A DNA stretch of 37,918 nucleotides from Octopus bimaculoides (lineage: Eukaryota): positions 122,794,231 to 122,832,148 of the forward strand of contig NC_068981.1 of NCBI RefSeq assembly GCF_001194135.2, given 5' to 3'. Positions 1 to 12,028 of this stretch are shown here, piece after piece. Position numbers and translations under genes: made by a program. Under the pieces are notes generated by a model. That model was not told the origin of the DNA. It made no database searches and was given only the letters and a program-made list of their open reading frames with translations. Positions within the stretch are counted from its first letter, which is position 1. Each line of letters begins with the position of its first letter.

Positions 1-1152
1 TATATATATATATATATATATATATTAACAGTGGCAGTATGGTCACACACTCAGTCTGCTGCTGTAGAACGAATGTAAGACCATACTATGCATGCGGTTG
101 CTTTCTCAATTTTGTGCTTACGTTATAACTGTAAAATATGTATCGGCGAACCATTTCTTTGTCGTACGAAAGAATAAGAACGCTTTGTCCTAGATTGCAG
201 GAAAGCAGTATCTACATCTGTGGATTGTTTACATTGAACTCGTCATTTTATTTTACCCGAATGTATCTTTCATCTACATAAGTTCATTTTCGACCCCGTT
301 TTCATTACTGTTGTCGTGTTTTTATGATATCCTATTGATATTTTCTCTCTTCTTCAACGTGTTCTAAGCAAGTCCTCGGCGGTAGTGATGAACTTCAAAC
401 TCTCTCCAGTCACACCGACACTAATCCTTTCATTTGACTCTCATTCTTTCACTCTTCTTTTCCCCCTTCCTAAATAATTATTTGTATTCTAGTATCTCCT
501 GGAACATATGTTTTATGGCACCCATTTCCTGTTTCCTTCCAAAGTAATCATAGACTTATTGCTTTAGATCTGTTGATCGCTTAATGATTCTCAGTAGAGT
601 GTGTCATTGGATAAATCTCTCCCCTTCTTTAGTAACATGCAAAATACAAAGTCATTCTGTGAGTTTTATTTTATTGTTGATTGCTTCACACCTTGTTAAA
701 AGCGACACCGAATCAAAGGAAAAAAGTTTGTTATCCATTTTATCGGGTACCAGTTTATTTGTTCGTATTTTTCATTATTTTTCATTTTTGGCATTAAATT
801 TAAATTTTCCTCCACCAAACAACGTAGTTTGCTATTTTTTCTGTGGAGTATTTATCTTTTCTTAGTATTTATTTGCCTTGCATGTTGTTGATGTTTTCAC
901 GTGTTAGCTAATTGATGATTAGTGAGAACATTTGCATTGCATTACTTAGAATGCACCAAATCAATGTTAATGCATTACTTACACGTGAATGTTGACTTTT
1001 TCGTTGATTCTTTACGATTTTCTGAGGTATTATTTCGTTTATATGAATGTTGGAGTAAAGAGGTAGCGATAATCTGTTTTTACTATCATCTTAATACGTG
1101 GCTTGATACCACTACCATTCCAAATAATAATAATAATAATGATAACAATAAA

Positions 1153-2381
1153 GTTATAAAAAAAAGCTTTTGATAGCCTACCACATAGCTAGATTAAGAA
1201 ATGTCTGGAAATGTATAAAATAGCACCTACTCTGCGAAACTTTTTGTCTAGAAGTATGAGATCATGGAGAACCACACTAACTTTGAACAGTGACAATGAA
1301 TCTCTTAATGCTGGAGATGTAAGAATTCCATGTGCCATTTTCCAGAGTGACTATCTATCACCACACCTCTTTTGTCTAGATTTCACAACTCTCTTGAAAT
1401 TGCTCAATGATGTACAGTACGGTTATAAAATGTTTGATAGAAATATATATCATCTCATTTACAAGGGTGATTTAAAGCTCTTTGCAAAAAAATTACCATC
1501 GATTGTTAAACAATTCAGTAATGACATCAGGATGCAATTTGTCTTCGATAAATGTGCAAAAGCTACCTTTATCAAAAGGAAAATGATAGAAACATCTAAC
1601 GTTAACCTTGACCAGCAGAATGGCATAAAAGAGTTAGAACCAGCGAGAGCTACAAATACCAAGGCGTATTTGAAGGGGACGGAATCAAACATTCAGTGAT
1701 GAGGGAAAGGATCAGGAGAGAATGTTATCGCAGAGTAAGAGCAATACTCAAGACAGAGCTGAATGCAACAAACAGGATCGAAGCGATCAATACTTTAGCC
1801 GTACTAGTCGTGACTTAAAAACCATCTCCAGTACTTGAAAATGATCACATCTCACTCCGCTGGAACTTCACCATTCAAACTGACAGAAAGATAGATGCAA
1901 ACACGCCAGACATATTGAAAGATTTTGTACAAAAATCATGCCTCCTCATTGATATGCCTGTCCAATGGATATAAAGATATCCGTCAAAACCTACCAAAAA
2001 CTGAGCAAGTATAAAGATCTTGAAATAGAAATTGTCAAAATGAAGAACCTGAAGACTAAAACAATAGTTGTTGTCATAGGTGCCCTAGGAATGATAGCTC
2101 AGATACCAGAAAACCCCAAAATGGCAGAAATTCAAAAGACAGTACTCTTGGAAACTGCCCATATCCTACGTAAAATACTTTCTTTGTAATCTCAAATTTT
2201 AAAACAAACTCTAAATTTTCTTGTTTTCTTATATATTTTTTCTAAAATAATACTATGTGCAAATCCAAATATATGACACCCAAGGCATAACACCAACACG
2301 CATTTCTAACTTGTTGTCTCTTGAGTTCTCTGGGTGAGACTTGGATCTAACTTGTACAAATACAAAGCAAAAGTCAAACAG
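1153..2381 (+). mobile_element. R4/Dong-type RLE LINE copy A; 5'-truncated, internally deleted, decayed
   Basis: RT remnants KKAFDSLPH and HLIYKGDLKLFAK (degenerate YMDD), KAYLKG (YKYLG), then a jump near 1816 to the RLE tail IQTDRKIDAN..IDMPV..KLSKYKDLEIEI..VIGALG. Preceded by (AAT)n at about 1123-1150 and followed by (ATA)n at 2382-2469. Confidence 0.88.
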
Positions 2382-2460
<79 letters not shown>

Positions 2461-2469
2461 TAATAATAA

Positions 2470-2818
2470 TGCAACACATATGCTATACAGTTGATGTTGC
2501 ATGTCCCTTGGACCTGCGAATAGTCAAGAAGGTAGTCGAAAGGAGAGATAGATACCACCCTCTTAAGTACGAAATAGACCGGCTATGGAAAATGAAGAAG
2601 GTGAAGACAGTGCCAATCATTCTTGGCACAGTATCAGAAAGTATCGTGAGGAATATAAAGGAAATTAGAATAGTGTGAAGAGTAGAACTGTTACAAAGGG
2701 TTTGCCTCCTTATAATCAGGAAAGTATTAGATAACTGAAAAGAGTGAATAACATGGTACCGTAGGATGCATGTAGTAAAACTGTAGGAGCCCCAACAAAA
2801 CCTGTGATAAGGAGAAAA
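2470..2818 (+). mobile_element. R4/Dong-type LINE copy B (3' end only, distinct subfamily)
   Basis: ICYTVDVACPLDLRIVKK..RY..LKYEIDRLWKMKKVKTVPIILG..VELLQRVCL is an RLE C-terminus; both sides are trinucleotide tracts. Confidence 0.78.
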
Positions 2819-2851
2819 TAATAATAATAGAAATACTACTACTACTACTAC

Positions 2852-2945
<94 letters not shown>

Positions 2946-3034
2946 AAGAAGAAGAAGAAGAAGAAGAAGAAGAAGAAGAAGAAGAAGAAGAAGAAGAAGA
3001 AGAAGAAGAAGAAGAAGGAGGAGGAGGAGGAGGA
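2819..3034 (+). repeat. Compound trinucleotide microsatellite (AAT/ACT/AAT/GAT/GAA/GGA)
   Basis: Read directly from the sequence. Confidence 0.97.
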
Positions 3035-3608
3035 TTGTCCATTGGACACTTTGCAACAAGTATGAACTTGACAGAACAAAAATGTGGTACGAACATAAAC
3101 GTGAAGGTATATCATCGAAAATGATAATGCAAAGGTGCTATGGGATTTTATGATTCAGTGCGACCATGAGATAGAGAATTAGAAACCAGACATAGTATTA
3201 ATTAAGAAAGAAAACAAACGATACTGGATCATAGATATAACATGCCCAGCTGACAAGATATGTGATAAGTAAAAAAGAAAAGTCAATAGATATGACAAGG
3301 AAGTTAAGCAGTTGTGGTCGATTAAAAAGTCGGTAGTAGTACCAATATTTGACGGAGCCTTGGGAACAGTAAGCAAAAATCTTCAGAAGTATAAGGAACA
3401 AAGAGATTGATGGTGTCTAGCTTAAAATCAGAAAGAGAAGGGTTTATCATAACAATAAGGCTGGAACACTTGCAGAAAACAGCACTGCTTGGAACCACTC
3501 GAATACTTCGAATGGTGCTCGAAAAATAAGGGGTGTTCCTTTAATTCAGTGGTACTGAACAGCTGACGCTGTAGTACATCTCCAGCGTTAGAAGCTGTGC
3601 AAAGTCAA
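3035..3608 (+). mobile_element. R4/Dong-type LINE copy C (3' end, third subfamily)
   Basis: IVHWTLCNKY..WYEHK..VLWDFMIQCDHEIE*KPDIV..IIDITCPAD..GALGTVSK..LQKTALLGT, followed by (AAT)n at 3609-3693. Confidence 0.85.
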
Positions 3609-3618
3609 TAAATAATAA

Positions 3619-3695
<77 letters not shown>

Positions 3696-3773
3696 CATTT
3701 CTTTTCTCAGACAGAATAGTACTTTCATGAAATATTTAAACTTCTATATTTAACTACTTAATTCAGCTGTATT

Positions 3774-3776
<3 letters not shown>

Positions 3777-3844
<68 letters not shown>
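3777..3844 (+). repeat. (CT)n microsatellite
   Basis: Read directly from the sequence. Confidence 0.95.
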
Positions 3845-3846
<2 letters not shown>

Positions 3847-4209
3847 CTCTCTATGTGATGCTGTTTCTTGTTTGTTTTGTGGTTTCTAACACACTGATGT
3901 AGCATTCTCCTTCGTTGTTGATATATTTTTGCCACTTTTAAATTCTCACTTTTGAATTCTCAAATCTGGTAACTCAAGACCGCAATGGAAATATCTACAT
4001 CTCCACCATGTAAATCGAAATGATCTCTTAAGTTTCTTTCTTTTTTACTTTTTTGATTCTCTGTAAGAATAGTCTTGTTTTACGAGATATCTAAACTTCT
4101 ACATCTAAGCTACTAAATTCTATTGTTTTCCCTCATTCTTCCGCTCCCACTCTTTTTCTCTCTTTCACTCTCTCAATAATGCTTTTCTTATTTCTTTTGT
4201 GTCGTTTAC

Positions 4210-5620
4210 GGAAGAAGAAATTAACTTACACCTGAATAAAGCGCGAAATAGCAAAAGAAAGAAGCTACCCTCTCTCAAAGTAATCAAAGTAGCAAAACTA
4301 AACAAAGTAGTGAAAAAGGTGGACGAACTGTTAACGAAAATATAACCGAATTAAACGACCTATACAGACTCTGTAGCTGCTTGCGGTTAAAAGTGAAAGA
4401 AAAACAAAGGACAAAGCCCCTTGGTGGAAATGAAGGCTTGAGAACTAAAGAGATTTTGCACAGATGAATGCAATGATAGGGAAGTGGGTGAAGGAGAGAC
4501 GCGGGAACGAACTGTAAAGGAAACGCAACATAAGACAGAAAGGAGTGCAGGTTGTTGAACAATCACTGAAACAAAAAAATTCCAAGTCGAGCCGGGTAAA
4601 AATATTTATCAATACTGAATAAATATTGAACATATCAGAATAGAAAACTCTCCAAGAATGTAAAAATAAGCAACTGAACAATGAAAAATAGCATCAAGTA
4701 AATGATATGCTTGATGCTAAGGCAGCAAGATAAATATGGGCAAACATCTGAAGCAAATAATATAAAGGGAGACTACTAACGAGAATTTAAAAGAGAAATG
4801 GAAGATGCAGCGATACAAGAGAATATAAAAGTCATGGACGAAGAAGTAAAAGAGATGGTTAGAAAATACCAAACTGGAAAGCCCCCGGACCAGATGGTAT
4901 CGAAGGATTCTGGCTCAAAATCCTTTCACGTTTAAACACTTATATACGACCGTTTCTTTTTATTGACCACCTAGAAAATGGAACACCAACATGGATGACA
5001 AAAGGAAGGGCGGTGCTGGCACAGAAGGACAAAGCAGAGAGAGTCAGTAATTATAGACCTATTACTTGCTTACCATTACTACGGAAACTGTTAACTGGCC
5101 TCATAGCAGTTGAAGTGAATAATTTTCTGGAAAAGGAGAACCTACCGCCACAAGAGCAAAAAGAATGTAGGAAGAAATCAAGAGGAGCTGCTGATTTGCT
5201 ATGTATATATACAGCAGAGTGTTAATTGAGGTACAAGTAAAGAAGAAGAATTTAACCGTTGGATGAATAAATTACAGGAAAGTCTACGACAGTGACCCAA
5301 GAAGCAGGAATATGTGAGGTCGCTTGAAGAAGACAATGAGGAGATAAAGAACATTTTAAAGAACACAATGAGAGACCCCTTCATTTCTAAGTGACACGTG
5401 GAAGGATTACTTACTTTGGGATAGGAACCGGTATGTGCTAATTAACCGCTAAGTAATTAAAACTAGGGTATGAAAACTTTAAAGTTTATGCTTGTAATGA
5501 TTGGTGCTTTGGAAATTGTGAATAATGATATAGACAAATGTTTGAAGGAAATTGTTGTAGAGCTTCTACAGAAAGTTTGCTTCTTAGGGACAAGAAAAAA
5601 TTATCAGAAGGCTTTTGATC
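4210..5620 (+). mobile_element. R4/Dong-type LINE copy D; old, with N-terminal, early RT and 3' parts and a large internal deletion
   Basis: Motifs KKLPSLK, NITELNDL, PWWK, NWKAPGPDG, WMTKGRAVL..NYRPITCLPLLRKLLTG..EQKECRKKSRG, then MIGALEIV..VELLQKVCFLGT. Multiple stops and frameshifts; boundaries approximate. Confidence 0.8.
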
Positions 5621-5736
5621 CTTTGAAAGATTAATGGAAGTTTCTGGTTTAATGAAAGCTTGTGCTCATAATGTCGTTAACAACTAATTACATAAATTCT
5701 ACCATGAATAAGAATAAACACGACTTAGATAAAATA

Positions 5737-5790
5737 TTCTTCTTCTTCTTCTTCTTCTTCTTTTTCTTCTTCTTCTTCTTCTTCTTCTTC

Positions 5791-5828
<38 letters not shown>
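5737..5828 (+). repeat. (TTC)n(TTA)n microsatellite
   Basis: Read directly; forms the tail of copy E. Confidence 0.95.
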
Positions 5829-5844
5829 NNNNNNNNNNTTTTAT

Positions 5845-7166
5845 GTTTGACTTTTGTTTTGCATTTGTACAAGTTGGATCCAAGTCTCACCCAGAGACCT
5901 CAAGAGACAACAAGTTAGAAATTCATGTAGGTGATAGGCCTAGGGTACCATATATTTAGATTTGTACATAGTCTTGTTCTAGAGAATGTTTAAGAAACCA
6001 TAAGGAAATTATGTTTGTTTTAAAATTTGAGATCACATAGACAGTATTTTACGTAGGATATGGGCAGTTCCCATGAGCACTATCTTTTGAAGTTCAGCCA
6101 TTTTGGGGTTTCCTGGTATCTGAGCTAGGTAGTAATCAGCCCATTTTACTGTCATTCCCAGGGCACCTATGACAATAGGTATTGTTTTTGTCTTCAGGTT
6201 CCACATTTTGCTAATTTCTATTTCAAGATCTTTATATTTGCTCAATTTTTGGTAGGTCTTGGCAGATACGTTTATATCGATTGGGACAGTCATATCAATG
6301 AGGAGGCATGATTTTTGTCTAAAGTCTTTCAGTATGATGTCTGGCCTATTTGCATCTATCTTTCTGTCAGTTTGAATGGNNNNNNNNNNNNNNNNNNNNN
6401 NNNNNNNNNNNNNNNNNNNNNNNNNNNNNNNNNNNNNNNNNNNNNNNNNNNNNNNNNNNNNNNNNNNNNNNNNNNNNNNNNNNNNNNNNNNNNNNNNNNN
6501 NNNNNNNNNNNNNNNNNNNNNNNNNNNNNNNNNNNNNNNNNNNNNNNNNNNNNNNNNNNNNNNNNNNNNNNNNNNNNNNNNNNNNNNNNNNNNNNNNNNN
6601 NNNNNNNNNNNNNNNNNNNNNNNNNNNNNNNNNNNNNNNNNNNNNNNNNNNNNNNNNNNNNNNNNNNNNNNNNNNNNNNNNNNNNNNNNNNNNNNNNNNN
6701 NNNNNNNNNNNNNNNNNNNNNNNNNNNNNNNNNNNNNNNNNNNNNNNNNNNNNNNNNNNNNNNNNNNNNNNNNNNNNNNNNNNNNNNNNNNNNNNNNNNN
6801 NNNNNNNNNNNNNNNNNNNNNNNNNNNNNNNNNNNNNNNNNNNNNNNNNNNNNNNNNNNNNNNNNNNNNNNNNNNNNNNNNNNNNNNNNNNNNNNNNNNN
6901 NNNNNNNNNNNNNNNNNNNNNNNNNNNNNNNNNNNNNNNNNNNNNNNNNNNNNNNNNNNNNNNNNNNNNNNNNNNNNNNNNNNNNNNNNNNNNNNNNNNN
7001 NNNNNNNNNNNNNNNNNNNNNNNNNNNNNNNNNNNNNNNNNNNNNNNNNNNNNNNNNNNNNNNNNNNNNNNNNNNNNNNNNNNNNNNNNNNNNNNNNNNN
7101 NNNNNNNNNNNNNNNNNNNNNNNNNNNTATTGTCCCCTTCAATTACCCTAGATATTTGTAGCTCTC

Positions 7167-7167
<1 letters not shown>
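5845..7167 (-). mobile_element. R4/Dong-type LINE copy E (same subfamily as A), spanning the N gap 6380-7127
   Basis: RLE segment IQTDRKIDANRPDII..LIDMTVP..KLSKYKDLEIEISKMW..IGALG..LQKIVLMGTAHILRKILSM*. The 3' end matches copy A (..CTTGTACAAAT(G/A)CAAA..AAAAGTCAAACA). The 5' end at about 7167 reads ESYKYLGVIEGDN. Confidence 0.88.
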
Positions 7168-7242
<75 letters not shown>

Positions 7243-7244
<2 letters not shown>

Positions 7245-7909
7245 CAGTAGTTTTATTTATATAACGTGGTTTCACTTTACTACCGAGCGCAGCTCTGTGT
7301 GCCTTCAATATGTGCTGTGGTTTGCTGTGATCCTCTTATGGTCACTGTATTGGAAGTGTTTTGCGTAGGATGTGTGCAGTGCCCAGTATTGCAATTTTCT
7401 GTATGTTATATATATTTGTAAGTCCTGGTGTTTTTGTTATGTATTTGTGTAAATATTATTTTATCATACCTAAGGCTCCTACTATGATAGGAATTGTTTC
7501 TGTTTTTAGATTCCACATTCGAGTTACCTCTATTTCCAGGTCTTTGTATTTTGAAAGTTTTTCCATTTCTTTTAGGGAAACATTGTCATATGCTGGTATT
7601 GATACATCAATTAGAAAGCAGATTTTTCTTCATGATCTTTGACAACTGTACCTGGTCTATTTGCCTTAATTTCTCTATCTGTGTGTATTGGCATATCCCA
7701 GAGCATGGTTGCTTTCTCGTTTTCTATGACCTTTTCTATCGTGTGTTTATACCATCTTTTTTCTGTTGTTATTCCATAGTGCTGGCATAGCTTCCAGTGT
7801 ATATAGGTCCCAGCTCTGTCGTGTCTGAATATATTTCTTCTTAGCCAGGAATGGGCAGCCAGAGATAATATGATTTATTGTTTCTTGTCCATCTCCACAT
7901 ATTCTACAG
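7243..7909 (-). mobile_element. R4/Dong-type LINE copy F (about 670-bp 3' fragment, near-duplicate of the 3' end of copy G)
   Basis: Aligns by eye to 8041-8711 with scattered substitutions; (TTA)n on both sides (7168-7242 and about 7915-8040). Confidence 0.88.
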
Positions 7910-7912
7910 CTA

Positions 7913-7978
<66 letters not shown>

Positions 7979-7993
7979 CATTATTATTATTAA

Positions 7994-8040
<47 letters not shown>

Positions 8041-8042
<2 letters not shown>

Positions 8043-9700
8043 CAGTAGTTTTAGTTTTATAACGTGCTTTCACTTTACTACCGAGCGCAGCTCTGTGTGC
8101 CTTCAATATGTGCTGTGGTTTGCTGTGATGCTCTTATGGTCACTGTATTGGAAGTGTTTTGCGTAGGATGTGTGCAGTGCCTAGTAGTGCAATTTTCTGT
8201 ATGTTATATATATTTGTAAGTCCTGGTGTTTTTGTTATGTATTTGTGTAAATATTATTTTATCATACCTAAGGCTCCTACTATGATAGGAATTGTTTCTG
8301 GTTTTAGATTCCACATTCGGATTACCTCTATTTCCAGGTCTTTGTATTTTGGAAGATTCTCCATTTCTTTTAGAGAACCATTGTCATATGCTTGTATTGA
8401 TACATCAATTAGAAAGCAGTTTTTTTTCTTCATGATCTTTGACAACTATACCTGGTCTATTTGCTTTAATTTCTCTATCTGTGTGTATTGGCATATCCCA
8501 GAGCATGGTTGCTTTCTCGTTTTCTGTGACCTTTTCTATCGTGTGTTTATACCATCTTTTTTCTGTTGTTATTACGTAGTTCTGGCATAGCTTCCAGTGT
8601 ATATAGGTCCCAGCTCTGTCGTGTCTGTGAATATATTTCTTCTTAGCCAGGACTGGGCAGCCAGAGATAATATGATTTATTGTTTCTTGTCCATCTCCAC
8701 ATATTCTACAGTTACTTGTTATATTTCTTTTCATTATGTGTTTTTGGTAATTTCTGGTGGAGAGGCTTTGGTCTTGTGCAGCAATTAAAAATCCTTCAGT
8801 CTCTGCTTTGAGTTCTGAGTTTCTCAGCCATTGCTGGGATTTTTCTCTGTCTATTTCTTTCGCATTTAGTTTAGCCCAGTATTTACCATGTAGGGGCTTT
8901 TCTTGCCATCGTTTTATCATGGNNNNNNNNNNNNNNNNNNNNNNNNNNNNNNNNNNNNNNNNNNNNNNNNNNNNNNNNNNNNNNNNNNNNNNNNNNNNNN
9001 NNNNNNNNNNNNNNNNNNNNNNNNNNNNNNNNNNNNNNNNNNNNNNNNNNNNNNNNNNNNNNNNNNNNNNNNNNNNNNNNNNNNNNNNNNNNNNNNNNNN
9101 NNNNNNNNNNNNNNNNNNNNNNNNNNNNNNNNNNNNNNNNNNNNNNNNNNNNNNNNNNNNNNNNNNNNNNNNNNNNNNNNNNNNNNNNNNNNNNNNNNNN
9201 NNNNNNNNNNNNNNNNNNNNNNNNNNNNNNNNNNNNNNNNNNNNNNNNNNNNNNNNNNNNNNNNNNNNNNNNNNNNNNNNNNNNNNNNNNNNNNNNNNNN
9301 NNNNNNNNNNNNNNNNNNNNATTTTATAATAGTTTTCTAGCTGTATAAGACCCCTGACACCTTCTGTGCGTTGTATATATAGCCTTTCTATGTCAGATTT
9401 TGGGTGGTGCATCCTATATCCTGTCATTATTTTTCTTGTTTTCCTGTCTATTTTACATAGTTCGTTTAGTGCCCAGTTAAGGATGTTGTAGCTGTAGCTT
9501 ATAACTGGGACAGCTAAAGTGTTGATACCCATTATCTTGTTTTTAGCATTGAGCTCTGTTTTTAGTATTGATCTAACTCGTCTATAGTACTCTTTCTTTA
9601 TTTTTTCTTTCATTTGTGTATGTTGTATCATATCTAGTTCGTCCATATCCAGAATATAGTTCATTGCCTTCTAATAAGAGATATTTCCGAGTCCTGTTCA
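8041..9700 (-). mobile_element. R4/Dong-type LINE copy G (RT thumb to RLE, N gap 8923-9320)
   Basis: KEKIKKEYYRRVRSILKTELNAKNK..NTLAVPVISYS..DRKTRK..RLYI..GRGLIQLE; W..KPLHGKY; ETEGFLIAAQDQ; CCHC knuckle CRICGDGQETINHIISGC; RHD; LWDMPIHTD; KYKDLEIEV..IVGALG. Confidence 0.92.
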
Positions 9701-10205
9701 ATTCCACATGTCGAATACTTTAAAGTGTGGTGCCTGACAGAAAAGGATTAACAAACTGGATTCCTTTAGGAATATTCTTCTAATAAAGAAAGATTTCGTT
9801 TTGATAATTCCTTGTGAAATTGTTTTGCCTGTTATTTGCTAGGGATTTTTATATCCTTATTTAAGTAAATCTCAGGAAATACTCCATTTCCATTATAACT
9901 ACCGTAGCTACTGCATATACGTTTTTATCCAGCCTAATGTTATTGATATTTGTGCTTGTTTCAATTAAGTATGCAATACCTGGATTTACTTACTTATTGC
10001 TGCTGCTATTTTATTGTTCAGTTTTATAAACGAGTGGTGCAATTATTGATTCTTAGGAAGATCTATCTTTTGGTATTTTTTGTTTTATTTCTGCCATTAC
10101 GTTGTCATGATTTCCAGCTTCAGTATTTCCTAATCTTATATATTCCTCACATTTGCTTCCATTTATATTGTTACTTTCTGTTGCTCGTCTTTGATTTCTG
10201 AATGC
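9700..10205 (-). mobile_element. Highly decayed N-terminal R4-type LINE remnant
   Basis: Minus-strand fragments resemble PRL.KL..K..AISKVN and T.NI..L.K.VYAVATVV, as seen in the R4 N-terminal region (compare copy D). Very degenerate. Confidence 0.35.
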
Positions 10206-10426
10206 CAGTAGTCTGTAGGTGTTTTGATGTTTAGGATTTATTATATGTTATTCATTTTCAAGCCCCTTTTCTATGAATACATTGGCCATAGTTGAAGACG
10301 GTATTTTGGAAAAGCTGTTAGAGTCTCGGAGAGTACAATTTGCGATATTCGTTCCAACAGTGTATACTGCTTCAACATTCTCCCCACTCTTCGCGTACTC
10401 TTATTACATTATGACTTGTTCTGGGC

Positions 10427-10734
10427 CAGGCCTGGTTAACTCGAAATACATTGCGAGCCACTTTAACCACAGAAAGTCTTTTGAGGGCCGCTTTATACTG
10501 ACAGAATTGAAAGTAATTTGATTCCTCATGCTATTATTACAATAAGGAACGAATGATCGTTGATTCAACATAAAATATTATCGCTGCAAAGACAGTAGTA
10601 TCTTTCTTTTTTACTTTTCATTACAATCTCTAATATTTGATAAAATTTTAAAAACGTTTGTGTAAATAAACCCATCTCAAGAAAGTATCAAGCGGGTCGC
10701 ATGCGGCCCGCAGGCCTCAGGTTGACTAGCTCTG
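10427..10734. mobile_element. hAT-type MITE (308 bp)
   Basis: Ends CAGGCCTGGTTAAC and (reverse complement) CAGAGCTAGTCAAC match 10/14. Flanking 8-mers TTCTGGGC (10419-10426) and TTTTGGGC (10735-10742) match 7/8, an 8-bp TSD typical of hAT. Subterminal GCATGCGGCCCG motif. Confidence 0.68.
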
Positions 10735-10888
10735 TTTTGGGCACTCCTTTAATGTTGTTGGTAATTTGCATAATGGGAATATATATCCTATGTAATTTTT
10801 TCCTTTGCTAGACACCGTGTAGGTAATTTAATTACCTTATAAAATTTCCACGGCATCTATGTAATCCTGGCAGTAATACATACATACA

Positions 10889-10934
<46 letters not shown>

Positions 10935-11393
10935 NNNNNNNNNNNNNNNNNNNNNNNNNNNNNNNNNNNNNNNNNNNNNNNNNNNNNNNNNNNNNNNNNN
11001 NNNNNNNNNNNNNNNNNNNNNNNNNNNNNNNNNNNNNNNNNNNNNNNNNNNNNNNNNNNNNNNNNNNNNNNNNNNNNNNNNNNNNNNNNNNNNNNNNNNN
11101 NNNNNNNNNNNNNNNNNNNNNNNNNNNNNNNNNNNNNNNNNNNNNNNNNNNNNNNNNNNNNNNNNNNNNNNNNNNNNNNNNNNNNNNNNNNNNNNNNNNN
11201 NNNNNNNNNNNNNNNNNNNNNNNNNNNNNNNNCAATGTTTATATACCAAAAAGATTTTATAACATTTTTCTAACATTTTTCTGACATAATTTAAATATAT
11301 ACTTTAACCAAGTAACACAAGCCTTTTGTAGTTTTTTCACTCTTATTATCTTTTATACATCCAACCACGTGCTTTCACATACCAACTTTCTCA

Positions 11394-11431
<38 letters not shown>

Positions 11432-11494
11432 TATATGCACAATCAATTTCATGCAGATTGTATTTGACACATTCCGCTCGCAAAACATTTATTA

Positions 11495-11592
11495 ACGGAA
11501 GGCTACTCTACGGAACATGTGCCCAATCTGTTATGCAAAGGGATCGAACTCGAAATCATGTGGGTTCAAGTGGACTTTTACACAAAAACGCT
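11495..11592 (-). mobile_element. Degenerate tRNA-derived SINE head
   Basis: Minus strand carries ..CCACATGATTTCGAGTTCGATCCC.. (B-box-like) and resembles the SINE at 25838. Confidence 0.4.
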
Positions 11593-11806
11593 GATGCTAA
11601 CGATCTTTAATTTGGTTTTAGATTGTTCTTTTCCATTAAAACATACACTTTCAAATCGGAATTCTTTTTAATGTCCAGCCTGTGCTAAAAATGTTTTATG
11701 ATTAATTTTAACACAATTTATGTCTCCGCTGAGAATGTTTTATGATTATGTTTGACTCTATAAATCCTTGCCCATCACTTAATGAATCCTTCCTGTTCTA
11801 ATGTAG

Positions 11807-11916
11807 GTTTGGTTAGACGTTAATCTGCGATGGGATCCTGACAAATACAACGGTATCAAAGTGGTCCGGATTCCTTTTACAGATGTCTGGAAACCTGATA
11901 TACTACTATACAATAA
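11807..11916 (+). CDS. CHRNA9/10-like: nAChR alpha subunit, internal coding exon (110 bp; extracellular domain up to loop A)
   Basis: Flanked by ..atgtAG and GTaagt. Translates [36 protein letters not shown] plus 2 nt, the classic WxDxxLxWxP..[10 protein letters not shown] segment. The trailing AA joins T24091 to give AAT (NNAD). Not in the ORF track. Exact orthology is not established. Confidence 0.95.
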
Positions 11917-11934
11917 GTAAGTAGCTTTCATGTT

Positions 11935-11974
11935 TTCTTCTTCTTCTTCTTCTTCTTATTATTATTATTATTAT

Positions 11975-12018
<44 letters not shown>
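11935..12018 (+). repeat. (TTC)n(TTA)n(CTA)n microsatellite 18 nt downstream of the splice donor
   Basis: Read directly from the sequence. Confidence 0.95.
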
Positions 12019-12028
12019 TTTTTATTGA

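Noticed and set aside
27-560. Possible very old APE-type LINE remnant on the minus strand
   Set aside because: Only faint motif resemblance with many stops; cannot be supported by eye.
2253-3153. Poly-Ile/Tyr/Leu/Arg/Ser/Phe ORFs
   Set aside because: Translations of trinucleotide microsatellites.
6033-7243. Long ORFs spanning N runs (also 8757-9340, 10837-11276 and 35963-36873)
   Set aside because: Their length comes from X codons in assembly gaps; only the flanking LINE-derived residues are real.
1-11806. Upstream nAChR exons (signal peptide and the first extracellular exons)
   Set aside because: No convincing AG/GT-bounded match found; they probably lie outside the window or in gaps.
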